Assembly (NCBI RefSeq): GCF_001194135.2
Contig: NC_068984.1
Location: 70,343,867-70,385,023, forward strand
Length of the DNA: 41,157 nucleotides
Origin: Octopus bimaculoides
Lineage: Eukaryota
Direction of reading: 5' to 3'
Both the position numbers and the translations under genes were made by a program. Positions 33,640-41,157 of the stretch are shown one piece after another. The notes under the pieces were generated by a model that was not told where the DNA came from, made no database searches, and saw only the letters and a program-made list of their open reading frames with translations. Position 1 is the stretch's first letter; each line of letters begins with the position of its first letter.

Positions 33640-34050
33640 GTTGACTTTGTCTTGCATCATTTCTCGGCTAAGTTATAAGAAGTTTACTTCCCATCCACAT
33701 AGTTCAGGGTTCTGTTCTACTGTGTGGTACCTTGGACAACTGTCTCCTACTATAACCCCAGGCCAGCCAAAGTCTTATGAGTGTATGTGGTAGACAAAAA
33801 CTGAAAGAAGATCATTGTTTATATACATGTACATATCTATATGTGTGCGTGTTTGAGTGTGTATTTGCCTTCTACCACTGTTTAATACCTGATATCGGTT
33901 TTGTGACATCCTGTAACTTATCAGAGACCAATAGAATAAGTATCAGGCTTGTAAAATAAGTACTGGAGTCAATTTGGTTGACTAGATCCTTCAGGGACAT
34001 GCCCCCGCATGGCCGCAGTCCAATGACTGAAACAAGTAATAGATAAAAGC
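33640..34050 (+). mobile_element. Near full-length family B SINE (tRNA head, CORE-like segment, internal microsatellite, 3' tail)
   Basis: GGTTCTGTTCTACTGTGTGGTACCTTGGACAACTGTCTCCTACTATAACC..GTAGACAAAAACTGAAAGAAG..AGAATAAGTA..GCATGGCCGCAGTCCAATGACTGAAACAAGTAA. Confidence 0.85.
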
Positions 34051-35379
34051 TAATGTTACCTGCCAAGAACTGGGATCAATACAATCAATTATTCTCAGCC
34101 CCCAAATTTGTAGCCTTGCATTTATGGTAGGAATTTGCAATACTTCATAACAGGGTGGAACAGTAGGCCATTCAACAAAATTGCTTCTAGTTATTTAACT
34201 GTCTCTTTTTGCATTCAAGCCTGTAGTCCCACCAAAGTCAACTTTGTCTTTCGTTCTCCTATGAGTTTCATAAAATAAGCAGCTCTAAAGTACTGGTGCC
34301 AATATAATTGACTACAGTCATTCTCCATCTGTAAATATTTGGTGTTATTGAGCCTGTATTAGAGACCAATATATAGTTTGATCAGTTTTGCAGCCAGTAT
34401 TTTTTAGACTAAAGCAGTCTAGTGAAGCATCTTAGATTTATATTTTTCCTTTGTGGTTCAGTCAAGAAGAAGCAGCAGTATCCATGGATACTTGTGGGTT
34501 GTTTGAGAGTGAAGAGATTGATAACGTTTATGCTCAATTTGAATATCAATCTGGTCAATGTGTGTAGAGAAAAATGTTGGCAGGACTAGATTTCCATAGA
34601 GATGATTATTTTAGTAGGAATGATTGAGGAGAGTAATCATTATGAGTTTAGAGGAATGGTCAAGAAATGCTTATTAGCCAATTCTGAGGAAGAAAGGTTG
34701 TACTAGCAACAAAACAAGCACATAGAGAGAGAGAGAGCAGAGGCTACACATTTGTGGGTCAGAGGCTGTGTGTTGTGTGTTGGTGAGTGAGTCTGTGACA
34801 ATCAGTTAGATGGCTTTCATTTTGGATGCAGTCTCAATAGTTACAACTAATTTTGTTGGTGGCAGAGGCACAGTCCAACATGAATGGCTTATTCTAAATA
34901 GCTAATTTCAAACAATTTACTCAGATTGTCAAGAAAAGAAGTTAGGAAATTCTAGGAACAATAAGGTTTCCATTATGAACATTCACTGTAATATTGAGAA
35001 GCCATGGCAGAATTAAAAGATATAATTTTCAGAACAATTTTGAAATCAGTTGTTATATATATATATAGATATACATATATATATATATATTGAAAAGAAA
35101 AGAAAAGAGTGAAAATGTAAAGAGAAGAGAATTTCTATAGTAATTTAGAAACTGACCACTTAAGTCACTAAATATCAATATCATTTCAAAAGAAATAAAA
35201 TATTTCATGGTGCTAATCTGATTTCTTTCAAAAGTGAACAAAGAAAAATATGCCACTATAAGAGCAAAATGATATGGAGAAAAGAATGAGACTAAAAATA
35301 TATTCTTAGAAGAAAGAACATTAAAATATACTCTTAACAGAAATAGCATTCTATTTAAATGGAGTAGAACGGTGTTATT

Positions 35380-35590
35380 CCTTTCTACTATGGGCACAAG
35401 ACCTAAAATTTGTGGGGAGGGGTAAGTCGATTACATTGACTCCCGTATGTAACTGGTACTTATTTCATCGATACCAAAACGATGAAAGGCAGAATCAACC
35501 ACGACAGAATTTGAACTCAGAATGTGAAAATGGGCGAAATACCACTAAGCATTTCGCCCAGTATGCTAATGATTCTGCCAGCTATTAGTT
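35380..35590 (-). mobile_element. Family A SINE, tail type 1
   Basis: TTTCTACTATGGGCACAAGACCTAAAATTTGTGGGGAGG..AACTGGTACTTATTT..GAATTTGAACTCAGAATG..GATTCTGCCAGCT. Confidence 0.9.
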
Positions 35591-37781
35591 CCACCATATA
35601 CCGTTTTGGCAAAATTATAAGCCTTGCAATATTTTGCTATTTCCTCCTTTATTGATCATGTATGCACATTTTGTATAACATATGAAACATAATCTTATCA
35701 AACAGTGTTTCAGTAATTTTTTCGTATCTGATTTTCAATTGCCATGTTTTTTTCGTTATTCAGTAAAAAGGACAAAATATAAGGTTCTGGGTGATCAGCA
35801 CCACCATCACCACCACCACCACTACTGCCATCATCATCATTATCTTTACGTTTACTTTTCCATGCTTGCATTGGTCTAGCAAAATTTGTTGAGGCAGAAT
35901 TTTTACCATGGGGATTCTCTTCTTGTTGCCAACATTTACTTCTTTCCAAGCAAGATGATATTTTATCCTACTCCAGACATTTTACACATAAGATTGCAAA
36001 CAAATGGCAGTGTCTGTATGACAGCGATATCAATTGACAATTAATGTATGATGTCAAGACAGGAAAAACACACACATTCATGCATACATATATACATATG
36101 CACATGTTAGACTTCTTTTTCAGTTTCCATCTACAATATTCATTCTCAAGGCTTTGGTTAGTCGAGGGTTATTGTAGCAGACACACCCAAGTTGGATGGC
36201 AGTAGGACTGAATATGAAACTAAGATTTAAAAAATATAATATTATGAAGTAACCAAATTCTCAGGTTATGGTAAAATCTTTTTGCCCCTAGTCTTTTATT
36301 GTGGGATTGCACTCCAAAATAAGCAGATGTAAAGTGAACCTTTTAAGCACATTTATGCTTGTGTTGTGTCCAGTGTTTTCTCTTTGCTCATTTATTCAAG
36401 AAGAGAAGAATATCAACGATGACCGTTTTCAGGTCTTCTTTGATGAGTGAGAGGAAACAAACTATTTATTCTCAAATCAGAGACCAGGTTTGAATTCTTG
36501 CATGATGGAAAACTCTTCTAAAAGCACTTGAGAGTCAGGGGTTCATGTTAAAGCTGGTAACAGGATAAGTCTGGATGGCTGCATGCAACTGATATTTATA
36601 TAACTGACTGTAGAAAGCTGAAATGCCAAACTGATTGACAGACATGAGGAGATTTGAACTGAGAAATTAGAGGAACCAAGCTAAATACAACATGTTATTT
36701 AGTCTGGCAACTCTACAATTTCTGTCAATCTACCATGGCACATAATTTTAAAATATTATTAACTATTAAAATTGTACATCTTACTCTTTAATGTTGCTTA
36801 ATAGCGTACACTATTTTTCTTTTCTTCTACTAAAATATAATTAACCATATGATTCTTATCTAACCAAAAAATAAATGAAACAAATGCAATTCCAATGCTC
36901 ACACACATGCACACAGGAAGAAGATAAAATAACATAAAGTAAAATAAAATATAAACAATGTTATCATTAATTTGCCTTGCTACAAATACATTGTTGATTA
37001 CCAAGATCAAAGGATATAAATTTCATTTCACACAATTAAAGAGAAATTACCCTCTCCAGCCACCCACCAAAAAAAAAAAAAAAAAAAAACAGCAACAGCA
37101 AAACCAAAAATAAAACAAGAACAACAATAACCACAACCACGTCTTATATAACCAAATCAATGATTATAAAACAAAATAGGAATTTTCCAGCGATTTATAT
37201 TTTATCTTTAATCAAATTCAGTAAAGAAAACTACAAGTATGCAATAGGTGGGGTTCTCTTCTACAATGACACAGTAATTTCAGAGGAAGTTGTTTTTATT
37301 TTTCAAACAACATTCTGAATTTTATCTTGTTTCCTTTTTTACCTTTTTTCGTGTTTTACTTTTGTTATTTACTTTTATCTCAGCTACTTTATTCTAACAA
37401 CTTTAAACAACTTCAAAATTGACTAATTTTTCTAGCAACTCTATTAGACTAAGTTATATTTCACATGAATATTCTCAAATTCTAATTCTACTTCTTCAAT
37501 CAGAATATCAAAACTGACTCTCCAAACTATCCCTCCTTAATGTTTTACAGTTTTAATTTAAAGTAGTAAAATATTTGTTAATTAGTATGTTAATTGTTGT
37601 TGCTTATTTAGCCCCAGATCAGACCTAATCCACTAGATCTATAACGTAAAGAGTTCCCTCTGTGACAGTCGCATTGTTATTCTCAGACAAGGTGCATGTA
37701 AAATTACATTATTGAATATGAACTACCATTTCTTTTGTAAAATGTATGATTACTGGGAGATATAGTTGCTATGTTTAACAG

Positions 37782-37847
37782 GTCAAGGAAACTTATAGAA
37801 GTTCTTGCATTAACTTGACATGTGATATTTTGTTTGGAGGAGTTCTG
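37782..37847 (+). CDS. Candidate internal coding exon (66 nt, phase 0-0), unknown product
   Basis: tatgtttaacAG acceptor, strong CTG|gtaaga donor, length divisible by 3, only one open frame: VKETYRSSCINLTCDILFGGVL; not in a recognisable repeat; no homology recognised. Confidence 0.35.
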
Positions 37848-37865
37848 GTAAGAATGTGAAAGGAT

Positions 37866-37995
37866 GGTGGTGGTGAGGATTATGATGACGATGACCATCA
37901 TCATCATCACCATCATCCCCTCCCAACACCATTACTCTCATCCCTATCACAACCATCATCACCACTACTGCCATCACCATCATCATCATCATCCC
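37866..37995. repeat. (GGT/GAT)/(CAT/CAC)n trinucleotide repeats
   Basis: Direct reading; explains His/Met-rich ORFs at 37704-38097. Confidence 0.9.
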
Positions 37996-38129
37996 TACAT
38001 AAGTTTTCCCCTTGTTTGTATAACTTGGATAGATCCTTTCCAATACAGTATCTCACCACTTGACAGGTTTCTTTTTCATCTTCTTAACAAGGGTTGACAC
38101 CCGGACAACAGCTTTGAGCACTTCTACTA

Positions 38130-38265
38130 ATGTCTTCTTTAATCCTTTTCATCCATAACTCCTTTCCACTTGGATCACTTAACTCTTCTTTACCAATCTC
38201 TTATGACCCATTACATGTCCATGACAGCATATTCTACAAACTACAGGATTTCACATGATCAGTTT
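38130..38265 (-). mobile_element. RTE-clade LINE 3' fragment
   Basis: Minus strand HGHVMGHKRLVKKS..QVERSYG*KG (decayed RW.GHV.R..GRGRPRK). Confidence 0.45.
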
Positions 38266-38294
38266 TGCAATTGTTACTACATTAGCTATTAATG

Positions 38295-39296
38295 TCAGGT
38301 CATCCTATAAGTTCTGTCCGAATTTTGAATAAAGAAAACAAGTGATCAAATGTTATATTTAATTGAAATTTAATCATCAATGTACTTTCCCTGATTATCT
38401 ATGACTTCCTTCCATCTATTTACAACCTTTTTAATCCTATCAATGTAAAACTCTTTTGGTTTCAAAGCGAAGAACTCTGGTATGTCAGTTTCGACCTCCT
38501 CCTGGCTTGTGAAAGTTATGTTTCCCAAATGATTCTATAAACTATGAAACAAATGGTAGTATGAAGGAGCAAGGTTGGGAGAATAAGGTGGATGAGGAAT
38601 TTTTTCTTAATCAAGCTCTTCGATCTTCTGGAATGTGATCTTTGCAGTGTGGGGTCACACATTGTCCTGATGAAACATCACTCCTTTTCGATTCACTAAA
38701 GCAGGTCTTTTTCTCTTCAAAGTATAGTTCAAACTCTCTAATTGCTGACCATAGACTTGAGCATTGACTGTTGCATTAGGTGGTAACAGTTCAAAGTGAA
38801 TTATTCCTTTGCAATCTCACCAGATAGAGAGAAGAACCTTTTACCTTTAAAGTTCCCTTCTCAGTTGTGGTTGAGCTTTTTCCCTTTTACCAAGCCACTG
38901 TTTATGATGTTTAACATTTTGATAGAAGATCCAGTTTTCATCACTGGTTACAAGTCTATCCAAAAAGAGTGAAATGAGTTCACGAGAATGGAGAGAAGAG
39001 CAGATGTCAACTCGGGATTTGCGGTTGCTCTCGGACAATTCATGAGGCACCCATTTTCCAAGTTTAGGAACCTTTCCAAGCTGTTGAAGATGATGACGAA
39101 CAGTTGTATGGTTTGAACTAAGCTTTATTGCCAATTCTTCAACTGATAATGCAGGATTTTCTTCAAGTAATGCCTCAAGGAACTTATCGTGAAACTCAAC
39201 TGGACGTCCTCTAATGATTTCATTGTTCAATTAAATGGAGTTGCTTGAAACGATCGTACTGCATTACCTCTGGATATCCTTGTTGCATATTTTGAT

Positions 39297-39297
<1 letters not shown>
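38295..39297 (-). mobile_element. Mariner (DD34D class) pseudogene, N-terminally deleted, 5' end lost at (CA)n/gap
   Basis: GRPVEF..HTTVRHHLQQLGKVPKLGKWVPHELSE..LVTSDENWIFY; KGIIHFELLP; HQDN-34 aa-Y (PYSPNLAPSYYHLF); NRWKEVIDNQGKYIDD*; TIR-like TCAGGTCATCCTATAAGTTCTGTCCG at 38295. Confidence 0.92.
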
Positions 39298-39332
<35 letters not shown>

Positions 39333-39535
39333 NNNNNNNNNNNNNNNNNNNNNNNNNNNNNNNNNNNNNNNNNNNNNNNNNNNNNNNNNNNNNNNNNNNN
39401 NNNNNNNNNNNNNNNNNNNNNNNNNNNNNNNNNNNNNNNNNNNNNNNNNNNNNNNNNNNNNNNNNNNNNNNNNNNNNNNNNNNNNNNNNNNNNNNNNNNN
39501 NNNNNNNNNNNNNNNNNNNNNNNNNNNNNNNNNNN

Positions 39536-39566
<31 letters not shown>

Positions 39567-39660
39567 TATAGATATCATATCATATCATATTATATCATAT
39601 GTGTGTATATATATACATATATGCAGAGATATTGTATAATGCACACACATATATATATTT
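39297..39660. repeat. (CA)n, assembly gap 39333-39535, (TA)n
   Basis: Direct reading; 203 N. Confidence 0.95.
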
Positions 39661-40639
39661 GAATGGATATTACTTTTTCTATCTCCTTTCTCTTACTGTA
39701 AACTAAATAAAGTTATATAGTGTAATGAAATTAGCAGACTCCAAGATCTTTGGTTAGTTCATACCAAAGGAATTCAACTTGATTGAAACAGGAGCTAAAT
39801 ACAAATATAAAGGAGAATATAGTAGAAATGAAAGAAAAATAAAAGAAAATTGAATTAAATGAATGCATCAATATTACATCTATTTGATCCTTTTCACTTA
39901 GTTTACATTTATATGAAAATAAAATGTGCTCCTAGCTTTTCTTATTTGCAATAGAAAAGAACAAACAGCTTACAATGTTACAAAGGATTCTAAGTGAACA
40001 ATTGTGTATAAGGCAGGACAAGCACAAACGTGACTGATAAATCACTGCCCATAAATCACTGTATATAAGAGACTGTATACAAACATGTCACTGAAAATGA
40101 CTAGAACTAAATATCTTCTTAAAGCAGCACTACTGAAAAAATAGCCTACTATGTAACTGCAGTTGCAATTAAGCAAATGTCTGCAATATTTATTTTCATT
40201 GGGAAGTAGACAATGAAGAATTGTTCTCTACTTCAAATTCAGTTTACTTCTCTCTCCACACACACACATACAACTAACTAACTATGAACAATGATGACTT
40301 TGTCCTAGTGAAAAAATCCCATTATATACTTTTCCTATCTCTTCTCTTCTTCCATAAATAATGTAACATAGTGTAACATACTCAGTGGATCCTCCTAAAT
40401 CGGTGGTTATTTTGTACTAAAGAGATTCAATGAAATCGATATAGCAGCTATATACAAGAGTTTGAGATTCTAAAGTTAAAATGGAATATAAAGAAAAGAA
40501 TATTGAAATAAATATATGTATACTGTTTATGATGTATTCCATTTTTTTCACTTCATTAATAAAGAATAAAAATAAGATATATTCCTAAGAAGCAATGTTC
40601 TTTGCAATAAAAGTGAACAATGAATAAACTGACAAAATG

Positions 40640-40780
40640 ATGCAGGTATATCTGTGTGGTTGAGAAAGTCACTTCCAAGTGATATGGTTTCAAGTTTAGT
40701 CCCAATGCAAGCATCTTCTACTGTAGCACAAAGTTAACCAATACCTTTCAAGTGAATTTGGCAGATAGAATTCTATCCCA
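40640..40780 (+). mobile_element. Degenerate family B SINE head
   Basis: CTGTGTGGTTGAGAAAG..TGGTTTCAAGTTTAGTCCCA..TCTTCTACTGTAGC..GTGAATTTGGCAGA. Confidence 0.6.
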
Positions 40781-41009
40781 TTGTAACTGTTAAACACTTA
40801 TGGTATGCAGATTAATAGCTCCAGTTCTCTGTAGCTACTAGATTTATTGGATATTTCTCTGGGAAAGGTCAAAATGATGTAGACACCTCTGATGAGAGCT
40901 CAATAATGTCTGAAAATCAATTGAGGCTGTTCATAATTTATCTCAGTCTATGGAAAAAGATTTAAATTTGCCTTCTTGTATATCTACTACATAGGTTACA
41001 AATATAGCA

Positions 41010-41126
41010 TAAATGTATATGTAAACACACACACACATATCATATTTGACATATATAACATAAATATGTATATGCGCATACATACATACATGCATACATA
41101 AATACATATATATGTATACATACATA

Positions 41127-41157
<31 letters not shown>
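41010..41157. repeat. (CA)/(CATA)/(TA)n microsatellite
   Basis: Direct reading. Confidence 0.95.

Noticed and set aside
34430-34900. Possible further Penelope-like RT remnant and a 16-bp palindrome (34477-34492)
   Set aside because: Peptide similarity too faint to support; a single 8-bp-arm palindrome is plausible by chance
37704-38097. His-rich and Met/Val-rich ORFs (also 35682-35949, 20520-20864)
   Set aside because: Trinucleotide-repeat translations with no splice or homology support
38847-39230. 127-aa mariner ORF as a domesticated (SETMAR-like) gene
   Set aside because: The rest of the transposase has several stops, the third catalytic Asp is lost and the N-terminal HTH is deleted; consistent with neutral decay

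Overview
AT-rich eukaryotic DNA with three assembly gaps (10142-10337, 10801-11365, 39333-39535), each flanked by microsatellites. The SINE families and repeat landscape look like an octopus (coleoid cephalopod) genome; this is recognition from memory, not a database result. The window is mostly intronic or intergenic and filled with decayed mobile elements. These are tRNA-headed SINEs of at least three families, RTE-clade LINE fragments (one about 1.9 kb and BovB-like), a restriction-like-endonuclease (R2/R4-type) LINE 3' end, a Jockey/CR1-like LINE end, Penelope-like remnants, four Tc1/mariner copies (one full length with TIRs) and a mariner-derived MITE. No intact protein-coding gene could be identified; only a few small candidate + strand exons are reported, at low confidence (best: 37782-37847). 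Most supplied ORFs are microsatellite, gap or transposon artefacts. There is no CRISPR array or prokaryotic system. The observations most worth checking are a decayed minimal hammerhead-like motif at a Penelope-like end, three long fold-back palindromes, a templated patchwork insertion, local duplications, SINEs with swapped 3' tails, and repeat modules embedded in (CATA)n.
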